64,000 nt of DNA, from the NCBI GenBank assembly GCA_963771835.1, contig CAVYVA010000001.1:1077347-1141346 (forward strand), written 5' to 3'. The notes beneath the pieces were generated by a model. That model saw only the letters and a program-made list of their open reading frames with translations. It was not told the DNA's origin and ran no database searches. The position numbers and the translations under genes are program-made. This DNA comes from an uncultured Actinomycetota bacterium. GTDB lineage: Bacteria > Actinomycetota > Actinomycetes > Prado026. The number at the start of each line of letters is the position of its first letter. The stretch's first letter is position 1. This document shows, one piece after another, positions 1-9,353 of this stretch.

Positions 1-40
1 CTGCCAGGTGCCGGTGGAACTCGGCGAGCGCCGTGGACAT
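1..40 (-). CDS. tyrosine recombinase XerC-like, first 13 codons only (gene runs off the left edge)
   Basis: ATG at 40..38 opens MSTALAEFHRHLA, the usual XerC/XerD N-terminal pattern. It lies directly downstream of dprA, as xerC does in mycobacteria. Too short for certainty. Confidence 0.35.
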   Translation of the reverse strand, partial: MSTALAEFHRHLA

Positions 41-128
41 CTCCCCGGAAGCTCCGCCCGCACCACCGGCAGCTGTCGTCCGACCGGCTCCGGCGGGACG
101 TCGGCGACGCGCGCAGGTCCCGGAGCGC

Positions 129-1367
129 TCATGTTGCTCCACGCTGGGTGCCAGGGCCGTCCTGGTCAAGGACCGCCACGGTCGCAGGTCCCGGGAGCTC
201 GCGGCGACGTTCCGCCCCGCCGCCCGGGCCCGCCAGCGTCCGTCCTGCTCCTGGGCCAGTCCGCGCGCGGCCAGCCGGCCGAGCGCGGCACGGACGTCGC
301 GGGCCCGCCACGGCGCTGCGGGTGGCCACCGTCCGCTCGCTGACCCAGACGCCCAGGTCGAGGGCGTCCAGCACGCGCAGGTCGCCCGGCGGCAGCCCGT
401 CGTGGGCGCGTCGGGCCGCGTGGGTCGCCAGCCCGGCCGCCGTGGCCTCCGCGCCGGCCTCGCTCAGCGCCTCGCCCATGGGCCCCAGCTCGGCCACCAC
501 CTCCCCGGCGCTGCCGACCAGCGTCGCGCCTCGTTCCCGGATCTCCCGGTGCACCCCCGCCGACAACGGCGACGTCACCGGGCCGGGGACGCCGAGCACC
601 GGCCGTCGCATGCGCCGCGCCCAGGTCGTGGTGTTGACCGCGCCGCTGCGGTAGGCGGCCTCCACGACGACGGTCCCGGGCGTGAGCGCGGCGATCAGGC
701 GGTTGCGGTCCAGGAAGCGCCCGCGGGTGGGACGGGCTCCGAACGGCAGCTCGGCCACGACCAGGCCCTCCGCCCCGATCCGGTCCAGCAGGCCCTGGTG
801 CCCGCGCGGGTAGGCGACGTCGACGCCGCAGGCGAGGACGGCGACCGTGATGCCGCCGGCCGCCAGGGCGCCGCGGTGCGCCGCCGAGTCGATCCCGTAG
901 GCGGCGCCCGACACGGTCGTCCAGCCGCGGTCCGCCAGCCCGGCGCCCAGCTCCGAGGCGACCCTCGAGCCGTAGCCGGACGCGGCCCGCGAACCCACCA
1001 CCGCGGCGGACCGCAGGACGCAGGTGCGCAGGTGCTGCGGGCCCCTCAGCCACAGGCCCAGCGGCGGTACCGCCCGGGGCTGGTCCTCGCCGGCCCGCAG
1101 GTCCAGGTCGCCGAGCTGGCTGGGCCACTCGAGGTCGCCGGGCACCACGAACCGGGCGCCGAGCCGCTCGGCCCGGCGCATCGCCGCCAGCGGGTCGAGC
1201 AGCCCGAGCCGGCCCGTGTACGGCCCGTCGGGCGAGCCCGCCCTGATCCGCTCCAGCGCAGCGACGGGACCTTCGTTGCGGACCAGCTCCCACAGCCGGG
1301 CGTCGTTGGGCTCGGCCAGCGTCATCAGGTCGACACGGGCGAGCCGCTCGTCGTCCGGGGCCCTCAC
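129..1367 (-). CDS. dprA: DNA processing protein DprA (Smf)
   Basis: ORF 129..1367 carries the DprA Rossmann core (GSRAASGYG, GAAYGIDSAAHRGAL, VLACGVDVAYP, FLDRNRLIAAL, VVEAAYRSGA). Its start overlaps the comM stop (ATGA). The last ~90 codons look off-frame: shifting frame near 303 gives RDVRAALGRLAARGLAQEQDGRWRAR, a typical DprA tail, so the true 3' end is uncertain. Confidence 0.85.
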   Translation of the reverse strand: MRAPDDERLARVDLMTLAEPNDARLWELVRNEGPVAALERIRAGSPDGPYTGRLGLLDPLAAMRRAERLGARFVVPGDLEWPSQLGDLDLRAGEDQPRAVPPLGLWLRGPQHLRTCVLRSAAVVGSRAASGYGSRVASELGAGLADRGWTTVSGAAYGIDSAAHRGALAAGGITVAVLACGVDVAYPRGHQGLLDRIGAEGLVVAELPFGARPTRGRFLDRNRLIAALTPGTVVVEAAYRSGAVNTTTWARRMRRPVLGVPGPVTSPLSAGVHREIRERGATLVGSAGEVVAELGPMGEALSEAGAEATAAGLATHAARRAHDGLPPGDLRVLDALDLGVWVSERTVATRSAVAGPRRPCRARPAGRARTGPGAGRTLAGPGGGAERRRELPGPATVAVLDQDGPGTQRGAT

Positions 1368-2901
1368 GCGGCGAGCCCGGGCAGGACGGACGAGGTGCGC
1401 AGGTGCACTGCATGGGCGATCTCGCTGAACCGGGGCCGCCGGTGACCCGCCAGGTCAGCCAGCGTCCACGCCAGCCTGAGCACCCGGTCCGCGCCTCGTG
1501 CGGAGAGGCGACCCTTGGCGAACTCGTCGTGCAAGGGCTGCAGGTCCGGACCGGCGAGCCGATGGTCGGGACCGCGCAGCACCGGCCCGGGCACCTGGCC
1601 GTTGCAGGTCCAGGGCATGTCCCGCCAGCGGCTCAGGGCGCGTTCGCGGGCCTGCGGCGACGCGGACCCGGACGGCCGCCGACGGTTCGCCACCGGCCCC
1701 GTCGAGCAGCTCGGCCCGCGTCGGCTGCTCGACGGTGACCAGCAGGTCGATGCGGTCCAGGACCGGACCGGACATACGCCCCACGTACCTCAGCTGGGTG
1801 ACCGGTGTGCAACGGCACGCAGACCCGGTGGTGGCGAACCCGCACGGGCACGGGTTCGCGGCGAGGACCAGCTGGAAGCGGGCCGGGAAGTCGACGGCGC
1901 CGCGTGAGCGGTGCAGGACGACCCGCCCGGACTCCAGCGGCTGCCGGAGCGCGTCCAGCACCCCGCGGGCGTACTCGGGCGCCTCGTCCAGGAACAGCAC
2001 ACCGTGATGGGCCAGGCTCGCCGCCCCGGGCCGGGCGATCCCGCTGCCCCCGCCCACGATGGCCGCCGCCGACGCCGTGTGATGCGGCGCGCGCAGCGGC
2101 GGCGCGGTGACCAGGGCGACGCCCGTCGGGCAGCTCACCGGCGACGGAGTGGATCGCGGTCACCTCCAGCGACTGGTCCCGCGTCAGCGGCGGCAGCAGG
2201 CCCGGCAGGCGTTCCGCCAGCATGGTCTTGCCGGCTCCCGGCGGACCGTGCAGGAGCAGGTGGTGCCCGCCGGCGGCCGCGACCTCGAGCGCGAACCGGG
2301 CGCTCGAGTGTCCGGCGACGTCCACGAGGTCGGGCAGCGGAGCCCCGCTCGCCTCGAGGTCCGGACGCGGCACCGCCGTCCCGGCCGCGTCGCCGCGCAG
2401 CACGGCGATGAGCTCGCACAGGGTGGAGACCGCGAACACCGACGCCCCCGGCACCACCGCGGCCTCGGCCGCGTTGCCGACGGGGACGACCACCTTGGAC
2501 CGCCCGGCGGCAGTCGCCGCGAGGACCGCGGGGAGCACGCCGCGGACGGGACGGACCACGCCGTCCAGGCCGAGCTCCCCGACCAGCACGAGGTCCGCGA
2601 CCTGCTCGGCGGGCACCCGCTCCGCCGCCGCCAGCACGCAGACCGCCAGCGCCAGGTCGAACCCGCTGCCCGACTTGGGCAGCGACGCCGGGGACAGGTT
2701 GAGGGTGATCCGGTGCTGGGGCCACGGCTCGCCGCTGTTGACGACGGCGGCCCGGATCCGGTCACGGGACTCCGACAGCGCCGCGTCGGGCAGACCGACC
2801 AGCGTCAGACCCGGCAGCCCGTGGGCGAGGTCGGCCTCGACCTCGACGAGATGGCCCACGACCCCGACCACCGCGACCGAGCGGGTGCGCGCCAGCGTCA
2901 C
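1364..2901 (-). pseudogene. comM: YifB/ComM family Mg-chelatase-like AAA+ ATPase; frame broken twice in this sequence
   Basis: Three collinear pieces sit in three frames. Piece 2901->~2122 has the Lon-like N-domain and Walker A LLLHGPPGAGKT. Piece ~2122->~1650 has HHGVLFLDEAPE and NPCPCG. Piece ~1650->1364 has ARERALSRW...LRLAWTLADLAG. Both breaks are explained by one extra base in a G/C run (CCC 2122-2124; ~1650). GTG start overlaps the yraN stop (GTGA). Confidence 0.9.
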
Positions 2902-3260
2902 GACAGCACCCCGCGGACATGATCGACGCGCGCGGCGCCGTGCCCGGACGCGAGCACGCCGACGACGTCGAAGCGCACGTGCGCCGGTCGGACGCCGTGC
3001 GCGGCCAGCCAACGACCGGCCAGCCGTCGCAGCCGGGCCGCCTTCGCCGCCGTCACGGCCTCCAGCGGCGTCCCGAACCCGGTGGTGCGACGGGTCTTGA
3101 CCTCGCAGATCACCAGCACGGCGCCGTCGCGACCGACGATGTCGATCTCGCCCGCGTCGCATCGCCAGTTGCGTTCGAGCACCACGATGCCCTGCTCGAT
3201 CAGGTGCCTGGCCGCCACGTCCTCGCCGTAGCGGCCGAGCGCGTCCTTCGCCCGCACCAC
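2898..3260 (-). CDS. YraN family endonuclease (UPF0102)
   Basis: Sequence [50 protein letters not shown] is typical of YraN. GTG at 3260 follows GGAGG by 6 nt. About 120 aa. Confidence 0.85.
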   Translation of the reverse strand: MVRAKDALGRYGEDVAARHLIEQGIVVLERNWRCDAGEIDIVGRDGAVLVICEVKTRRTTGFGTPLEAVTAAKAARLRRLAGRWLAAHGVRPAHVRFDVVGVLASGHGAARVDHVRGVLS

Positions 3261-3355
3261 CGACCACCTCCGCCGGCAAGGCTCGGCGAGATCGGCCGCA
3301 CGCGCATCCACCGGTCAGCGTGCTGTGGACGGCGCGGAGCCGTCCACAGGCGGGG

Positions 3356-3664
3356 TCAGTCCTGCGGGACCTGGAGGTCGGGCTGGGCGAGCTCCTCGAC
3401 GTTCACGTCCTTGAACGTCAGCACCTTCACGTTCTTGACGAACCGCGCGGGCCGGTACATGTCCCAGACCCACGCGTCGCTCATCGTGACCTCGAAGTAG
3501 ACCTCGCCGTCCGCCGTGCGCACCTGCAGGTCGACCTTGTTCGTCAGGTAGAAGCGGCGCTCGGTCTCGACGACGTACCCGAACAGGCCCACCACGTCGC
3601 GGTACTCGCGGTACAGCTGCAGCTCCATGTCGGTCTCGTACCGCTCGAGGTCCTCGGCGCTCAC
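3356..3664 (-). CDS. DUF2469 family protein (Rv2901c-like)
   Basis: Intact 102-aa ORF (MSAEDLERYETDMELQLYREYRDVVGLFGYVVE...). It occupies the conserved actinobacterial position between rnhB and yraN. GTGA overlap with the rnhB stop. Confidence 0.8.
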   Translation of the reverse strand: MSAEDLERYETDMELQLYREYRDVVGLFGYVVETERRFYLTNKVDLQVRTADGEVYFEVTMSDAWVWDMYRPARFVKNVKVLTFKDVNVEELAQPDLQVPQD

Positions 3665-4509
3665 CGCCGCACCTCCCCGTCAGCCGTCGGAACCGTCACG
3701 ACCCCATCTTGCCCGTCCGTCAGGTCCACGTCCGCCTCCAGCACCAGCTCCTCCTCGGAGAGGCCGTCCTCGTCGAGCAGCCCGTCCTCGGCGTCGTCGT
3801 CCAGGCCGAGACGCCAGGTCACCCGGTGGTACGGCGACGGCCCGAACCGGCGCAGGGCCGCCCGGTGGTACGGCGTCGCGTAGCCCTTGTTGACCTCCCA
3901 CCCGTACTCGGGGTGCTCGGCCGCGAGCCCGACCATGTACGCGTCCCGGGTCGCCTTGGCCAGCACGCTCGCCGCCGCCACGCTGGCACAGGTGAGGTCG
4001 GCCTTGATCCGGGTGCGCACGGTCGGGTGGCGCGGCAGGCCGACCGGCTCCGGCTCGGGCCGGGCCGGCACGACGTCGAGGGCGAGCTGCGAACGCGGCG
4101 TCAGGTAGTCGTGGTTGCCGTCCAGGAGCACGCAGTCGGGCAGGTCGGGCAGCTCCGCCAGCGCCCGGTGCGCGGCCAGCCGGAGCGCGGCGATGATGCC
4201 GTACGTGTCGATCTCCGCCGCGGTGGCGTCGGCGACGGCCCCGGCGACCACCCACCGGTGGATGCGCGGGACCAGGGCCCGCCGCTGCTCGGCGGTCAGC
4301 AGCTTGCTGTCGCGCAGACCTCGCGGTGGGCGACCGACGGCCGGGTCGACGACGACGACGCCGACGGTGACCGGGCCGGCCAGGCAGCCGCGTCCGACCT
4401 CGTCGGCCCCGGCGACGACCAGGTAACCCTCGTCCGCCAGCCCGGCCTCGACCAGCAGCCGGGGTGCGCGGCCCGGCGGGCGGGCAGCCGGGCGGCCCGG
4501 GCGGCTCAC
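3661..4509 (-). CDS. rnhB: ribonuclease HII with acidic C-terminal extension
   Basis: Motifs VAGADEVGRGCLAGPV, DSKLLTAEQR and LLDGNHDY. GTG at 4509 overlaps the stop of the upstream NUDIX gene (GTGA). The longer ORF to 4881 is an off-frame run-in. Confidence 0.9.
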   Translation of the reverse strand: MSRPGRPAARPPGRAPRLLVEAGLADEGYLVVAGADEVGRGCLAGPVTVGVVVVDPAVGRPPRGLRDSKLLTAEQRRALVPRIHRWVVAGAVADATAAEIDTYGIIAALRLAAHRALAELPDLPDCVLLDGNHDYLTPRSQLALDVVPARPEPEPVGLPRHPTVRTRIKADLTCASVAAASVLAKATRDAYMVGLAAEHPEYGWEVNKGYATPYHRAALRRFGPSPYHRVTWRLGLDDDAEDGLLDEDGLSEEELVLEADVDLTDGQDGVVTVPTADGEVRR

Positions 4510-5024
4510 GGCCCGACGTCCCGGGGCGTGTCGGGCGGGCCGTCGGCGAGCAGCCGCTCCAGCTCGGCGGCCAGCGACCGCGGGTAGACCACCTCCGCCG
4601 TGTCGGCGAGCTCGTCGACCGACCACCAGCGGTAGTCCTCGATGCTGTCGCGCTCGACCTTGGTCCAGCCGGAGGTGTCGACCTGGTGCGAGCGCACCCG
4701 CACGAGGAAGAAGCTCTCGCGCTGGCGGTAGCGACGGCCGAGGAAGCCGAACTCGGCCGTGCGTTCCCAGACCGGCGGGCCCAGGTCGGTGGCGACCAGG
4801 CCGGTCTCCTCGGCGACCTCGCGGCTGGCGGCCTGCTCGATGGTCTCGCCCGGGTCCACGCCGCCACCGGGGGTGAACCACCAGGTCCCCGAGCCGGGGT
4901 CGGCCGGGTCCCGCCCGCGCAGCAGCAGCACCCGCGACTCGGCGTCCACCACCAGCACCCGAGCGCCCACGCGGTCGATCACGGGCTCGGCGGCAGGGCC
5001 GACACCCGGGGCGGGGGAGGTCAT
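4506..5024 (-). CDS. NUDIX hydrolase (paralog 2)
   Basis: ATG at 5024. NUDIX box GGGVDPGETIEQAASREVAEETG. 172 aa. Shares the frame of the artefactual 638-aa ORF 4506..6422. Confidence 0.85.
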   Translation of the reverse strand: MTSPAPGVGPAAEPVIDRVGARVLVVDAESRVLLLRGRDPADPGSGTWWFTPGGGVDPGETIEQAASREVAEETGLVATDLGPPVWERTAEFGFLGRRYRQRESFFLVRVRSHQVDTSGWTKVERDSIEDYRWWSVDELADTAEVVYPRSLAAELERLLADGPPDTPRDVGP

Positions 5025-5043
5025 GCCCGCAGCGTACGTCCGG

Positions 5044-5565
5044 TCAGTTCCACCACTCGAAGGGCTCTTCGATCGGCTCGCCGGCCAGGAACGCGGGCAG
5101 CAGCTCGGGCAGGCGGCCGGGGAAGAACCGCTCGCCGGCCGCGACCACCTCCGGCACCGGCCACCAGCGGTGCCCGGTGTAGTCCTCGAGCTCCTCGGGC
5201 GTGCGGTTGTCGCGGACCGGCGCCGGCCCACGACCGGGCAGTCGCACCGCGACCACCAGCTCGTGCTGGAGCACCCGCCGCCCGCGGCGCAGGTAGGTCG
5301 CTGCCCGGGTCCAGGTGGGTGGGCCGAACTCGGCCGGCTCCAGCCGGAAGCCGGTCTCCTCGGCGAGCTCGCGCGCCGCGGTGCCCGCCACCGACTCCCC
5401 CGGCTCCATCCCGCCGCCGGGCAGCTCCCACCAGGTCCCGAGACCGCGGTTGTACGGGTCGACGGTCTCGAACAGGAGCACGGCACCGGTGCCGTCCTGC
5501 ACCACGACGCGGACGGACGTGCGCTCCACGTCGGCGACCAGGTCGGCAGGGACCTCGACGGCCAC
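5044..5565 (-). CDS. NUDIX hydrolase (paralog 1)
   Basis: ORF 5044..5565. NUDIX box GGGMEPGESVAGTAARELAEETG. Shares GTWW(E/F)xPGGG with the downstream paralog. Confidence 0.85.
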   Translation of the reverse strand: MAVEVPADLVADVERTSVRVVVQDGTGAVLLFETVDPYNRGLGTWWELPGGGMEPGESVAGTAARELAEETGFRLEPAEFGPPTWTRAATYLRRGRRVLQHELVVAVRLPGRGPAPVRDNRTPEELEDYTGHRWWPVPEVVAAGERFFPGRLPELLPAFLAGEPIEEPFEWWN

Positions 5566-5568
5566 AGG

Positions 5569-6422
5569 TCAGGTCTGCGCGCTGCGCCAGCGGAGGCTGT
5601 CGACGCCGTCGCCGCAACGCGACGACCGGCAGCGCGCCGACCAGGCCGAGGGCGAGCGGGCTGCTCGCCGCGGCGGTGGCGGTCTTCTGCAGCCCGGGCT
5701 GGTCGTACGTCGTCGGGGTTCGACAACCATGCCCAGTGCGAGACCGGCCAGATGACCACGAACGCGCGCCCGATCACCTTGGCCTCGGGGACCGTCCCGC
5801 CGCCCGGGTCGGCGAGGTGGGCGCGCGAGTCAGACGACATGTCGCGGTGGTCGCCCATCACCCAGAGCCGCCCGGCCGGGACGGTGATGTCGAACGGCTG
5901 CTCGGACGGCTTGACGCCCGGGTAGAGGTAGTCCTTCTCGTCCAGCGGCACGTTGTTGACCGTGACCCGCCCCTGCGCGTCGCAGCAGACGACGCGGTCG
6001 CCGGGGATCCCGATGACCCGTTTGATGAAGTCCTTCTCCGACGGGGGCGCGAAGCCGACGAGGCCGGCGAACCAGGCCAGTCCCTTGGCGACCGGGTTGG
6101 TCGGCTCGGCGATCGTCACCTCGGGGGTGAACGAGTCCAGCCCGTCGAACACGACGATGTCGCCGCGCTTGATGTCACGCAGGTGGTACACGACCTTGTT
6201 GACCATGACCCGGTCGCCGACCTGCAGCGTGTTCTCCATCGACCCCGAGGGGATGTAGAAGGCCTGCAGCAGGAACGTCTTGAGCAGGATCGCCAGTGCG
6301 ACCGCGACCACGATCAGGATGGGCAGCTCCCGCCAGACCGAACCGGGCGGCGACGGCTTCGGGCTGCGCTTGGGCGCGACCGGCTCGTCCACAGGTTCGA
6401 CCCCGGCGGTGTTGGCGTCCAT
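5569..6422 (-). CDS. lepB: signal peptidase I; 3' end frame-disrupted
   Basis: TM helix then SGSMENTL, GDRV, IKRVIGIPGD and GDHRDMSSDSR. After ...VIWPVSHWAWLSNP the believable sequence (TYDQPGLQKTATAAASSPLALGLVGALPVVALRRRRR) is in another frame. The only nearby stop (5571..5569) is in the third frame, so there are at least two indels near ~5700 and ~5600. Confidence 0.8.
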
Positions 6423-6467
6423 CGACGACAGGCTACGTGAACTGTCTGAACAGCTGCTGAGTGCGGA

Positions 6468-6833
6468 TCAGGCCTGCGACTGGGGCATGGCGTCGCGCTT
6501 CTCCTTGATGCGGGCCTTCTTGCCGCGCAGGTCGCGCAGGTAGTACAGCTTGGCGCGGCGCACGTCGCCGCGGGTGACGACCTCGATCTTCTCGATCACC
6601 GGGGTGTGCAGGGGGAACGTGCGCTCGACCCCCACCCCGTAGCTCACCTTGCGGACGGTGAACGTGGCCCGGACCCCTGCGCCCTGGCGGCGGATGACCA
6701 CGCCCTGGAAGACCTGGATCCGGGACTTGTTGCCCTCGACGACCCGCACGTGGACCTTCAGCGTGTCGCCGGACCGGAACTCGGGGAGGTCGGGACGCAT
6801 CGAGGCGGCGTCGACGAAGTCGAGGGTCTGCAT
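6468..6833 (-). CDS. rplS: 50S ribosomal protein L19
   Basis: ATG at 6833. [51 protein letters not shown]... Confidence 0.95.
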   Translation of the reverse strand: MQTLDFVDAASMRPDLPEFRSGDTLKVHVRVVEGNKSRIQVFQGVVIRRQGAGVRATFTVRKVSYGVGVERTFPLHTPVIEKIEVVTRGDVRRAKLYYLRDLRGKKARIKEKRDAMPQSQA

Positions 6834-7003
6834 GGTCGGTTCGCTTTCTCGCAGGAGCCACGGGTCTGCTGCGGTGTGAGCAGGCACGGGCCGGCAGGCG
6901 CCGGGACGTGCGGACGGACGAGCTGGCTGACCGGTCCGCACCCGCGCTGCGCCCCCCTGTGGCAGGGCACGCTGGAGCACGCGAAGTGGTGCGGAACGGC
7001 GGC

Positions 7004-7816
7004 CTAGTGTGTCACAGCGTCGCCGGGCGGCGAAAACCGCCCGTCGGGGCCGACGGTCCAGCCGAGGGTGGCCAGCAGCTCACGGTCCGCCCGGTCCAGC
7101 GAGGCCGGGTCGAGGGCCAGCAGCAGGTCCGGCCGCATGGCGGCGGTCCGCCGCACGGCGGCCGTCGCGCCGCCAGCCGGCGACCGCCTGGTGGTTCCCG
7201 CTGAGCAGCACCGCGGGCACCTCGTGCCCGCGCCACTGCGCCGGCTTGGTGTACACCGGGTACTCCAGCAGGCCGTCGGCGTGGGACTCCTCGGCCAGGG
7301 ACTCGGCGTTGCCCAGCACCCCCGGCAGCAGCCGGGTCACGGCCTCCACCACCACGATCGCCGCGGACTCCCCGCCGGCCAGCACGTAGTCGCCGACCGA
7401 GACCTCGTCGACCCGCACCCTGCTCGGCGGCGTCCTCGACGAAGCGGCGGTCGATCCCCTCGTACCGCCCGCAGGCGAGGACCAGCCACGGTTCGGCCGC
7501 GAGCTCGACCGCCAGGTCCTGGTCGAAGCGCCGGCCCGACGGGGTGGGCACGACCAGGCGCGGCGCGGTCGCCGCCGCCGGTCCGGCGGACCCCAGCAGC
7601 TCGTCCAGCGCGCGTCCCCACGGCTCCGGCGTCATGACCATGCCGGCGCCGCCGCCGTACGGGGTGTCGTCGACCGTGCGGTGCCGGTCCGTGGGCGTAG
7701 GCGCGCAGGTCGTGCACGCGAAGGTCCACCAGCCCGGCCTCGCGGGCCCGGCCCAGGAGCGAGAGCCCGAGCGGGGCGAGGTACTCGGGGAAGATCGTGA
7801 CGACGTCGATGCGCAC
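7004..7816 (-). pseudogene. trmD: tRNA (guanine37-N1)-methyltransferase TrmD; frame broken three times
   Basis: There are four collinear pieces. They read [41 protein letters not shown], then [26 protein letters not shown]...[18 protein letters not shown], then [37 protein letters not shown]...[13 protein letters not shown], then [22 protein letters not shown]...PPGDAVTH with stop 7006..7004. Frame switches are at ~7690, ~7420 and ~7150. Confidence 0.9.
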
Positions 7817-7817
7817 G

Positions 7818-8336
7818 TCAGCCGTCCGCGTCGTCCAGCAGGCCCGGCGGGGGCTCGACCACGAGCCGGCGCCCGCCGAGGTCCACCTCGGGAACGATCT
7901 CGTGCACGAACGGGACCAGCAGCTCGAGGCCGCCGGCGCGGTCGACGGCGAGCACGTCGTGGCCCGGCAGGTGCAGGACCTCGCGGACCGTTCCCAGCAC
8001 GCGCCCGTCCGCCAGCACCGCGTCGAGGCCGACCAGCTGGTGGTCGTACCACTCGTCCTCGTCGGCAGGGCTGACCGCAGGGTCGATGTCGACCAGCAGC
8101 AGCGTTCCCCGCAACGCCTCCGCGGCCGTCCGGTCGTCGACCCCGTCGAAGGTGAGCAGCAGCCGTCCGCTGTGCACGCGTCCGGTGCGGACGGTCAGCG
8201 GACCGACGGCCTCGGGGTCGGTGACCAGCACGGCTCCGGGCGGCAGCCGGTCCTCCGGCTCGTCGGTGCGGACGTCGACCGTGACCTCGCCCTTGATGCC
8301 GTGGGCGCGACCGATGCGGCCGACGACCAGCAGCAT
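7818..8336 (-). CDS. rimM: 16S rRNA processing protein RimM
   Basis: Intact 172-aa ORF: [31 protein letters not shown]...WYDHQLVGL... Confidence 0.9.
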   Translation of the reverse strand: MLLVVGRIGRAHGIKGEVTVDVRTDEPEDRLPPGAVLVTDPEAVGPLTVRTGRVHSGRLLLTFDGVDDRTAAEALRGTLLLVDIDPAVSPADEDEWYDHQLVGLDAVLADGRVLGTVREVLHLPGHDVLAVDRAGGLELLVPFVHEIVPEVDLGGRRLVVEPPPGLLDDADG

Positions 8337-8341
8337 CGGGG

Positions 8342-8584
8342 TCAGCGCACCTCGTCGACGTCGACGAAGTCGATCCGGACGCCTTGCCCGGGGCTGATCG
8401 CGCCGATCACCGTGCGCAGCGCCTTGGCAGTACGCCCGCCGCGGCCGATGACCTTGCCGAGGTCGTCGGGGTGCACGCGGACCTCGAGCACCCGCCCCCG
8501 CCGCAGGGTGCGCGGTTGGACCGTGACGTCGTCGGGGTGCTCGACGATGCCCTTGACCAGGTGCTCGAGCGCCTCGTCGTCCAT
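8342..8584 (-). CDS. KH domain RNA-binding protein (YlqC-like)
   Basis: 80 aa with the KH GXXG motif ([15 protein letters not shown]). Conserved position between rpsP and rimM. Confidence 0.85.
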   Translation of the reverse strand: MDDEALEHLVKGIVEHPDDVTVQPRTLRRGRVLEVRVHPDDLGKVIGRGGRTAKALRTVIGAISPGQGVRIDFVDVDEVR

Positions 8585-8660
8585 CAGGCCTGCTCGCTCG
8601 TTCCCTCGGCGTCCGTGGCCGGCGCGGGCTCGTCGGCGACGGGCTCTGCGTCAGTCGCGC

Positions 8661-8716
8661 TCAGCGACCTCAGCGACCTCAGCTCGACCTCAGCGACCTC
8701 AGCGACCTCGGCGGCC
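8661..8716. repeat. 9-bp tandem repeat (TCAGCGACC-like, 6 units, third unit 11 nt) inside the rpsP 3' tail
   Basis: Read directly from the sequence as tcagcgacc tcagcgacc tcagctcgacc tcagcgacc tcagcgacc tcggcggcc. On the minus strand it encodes (E-V-A)n in one frame. Confidence 0.8.
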
Positions 8717-9172
8717 GGCTCGGCCGCGGCTACCTCGGCGACCGGCGCAGCCTCGACGGACCTCGGCGGGAGCCGCCTTGGCGGGGGCCTTCTTCGCCCG
8801 CGGGGTCACGGCCTCGGCGCGCGGCTCGTCGGCCGACTCCTTGGCCGCGGCCTCGAAGACCGCCTTCTTGTCCGCGCGGGGCGCGCGCACCTGCAGCGTG
8901 CCCTCGGAGCCGGGCAGGCCCTTGGCTGCCTGCCAGTCGCCGGTCACCTTGAGGATCGCCTCGACGGCCTCGGTCGGCTGCGCGCCGACGCCGAGCCAGT
9001 AGCGGGCCCGGGCGGAGTCGACCTCGATGAGGCTCGGGTGCTCCTTCGGGTGGTACTTGCCGATCTCCTCGATCGCCCGGCCGTCGCGCTTCGTGCGCGC
9101 GTCGGCGACCACGATCCGGTACTGCGGGTTGCGCATCTTGCCGAGGCGCTTGAGCTTGATCTTCACTGCCAC
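8699..9172 (-). CDS. rpsP: 30S ribosomal protein S16 (C-terminal tail uncertain)
   Basis: GTG at 9172. [44 protein letters not shown]... The called tail ...[22 protein letters not shown] looks off-frame. An alternative frame from ~8755 gives an Ala/Glu-rich acidic tail ending at 8584, overlapping the next ATG. Confidence 0.9.
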   Translation of the reverse strand: MAVKIKLKRLGKMRNPQYRIVVADARTKRDGRAIEEIGKYHPKEHPSLIEVDSARARYWLGVGAQPTEAVEAILKVTGDWQAAKGLPGSEGTLQVRAPRADKKAVFEAAAKESADEPRAEAVTPRAKKAPAKAAPAEVRRGCAGRRGSRGRAGRRGR

Positions 9173-9353
9173 GGGAGGGACATCTCCTGGGTGTCGATGG
9201 GGTGAGACCCGTCTGCCCGCGTGGGGTTGCGGCGCCGGAAGCCTCGGGTGGACGCCTCGGGCAGGGAGAGAGGGCCCCGCGCGGCGGCGTTCGGTCGCTC
9301 AGTGTGCCAGAGCCCCCACCCCGGAGCGAAAACGTCGGCCCCGATCTGCGCGG

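Noticed and set aside
4506-6422. A 638-aa ORF that looks like a LepB-NUDIX fusion protein.
   Set aside because: The middle ~230 codons are Arg/Pro/Ala-rich nonsense, antisense-free but off-frame across NUDIX paralog 1. The lepB C-terminus continues credibly in another frame. The apparent fusion arises because the broken lepB frame happens to coincide with the frame of NUDIX paralog 2.
6834-7003. The long leaders upstream of rplS (6834-7003) and rpsP (9173-9353), and the rpmB/yloV divergent region (39853-40085), as ribosomal-protein leader RNAs.
   Set aside because: I saw only short generic GC hairpins and cannot match them to any known leader family from memory. They need an Rfam/covariation scan.
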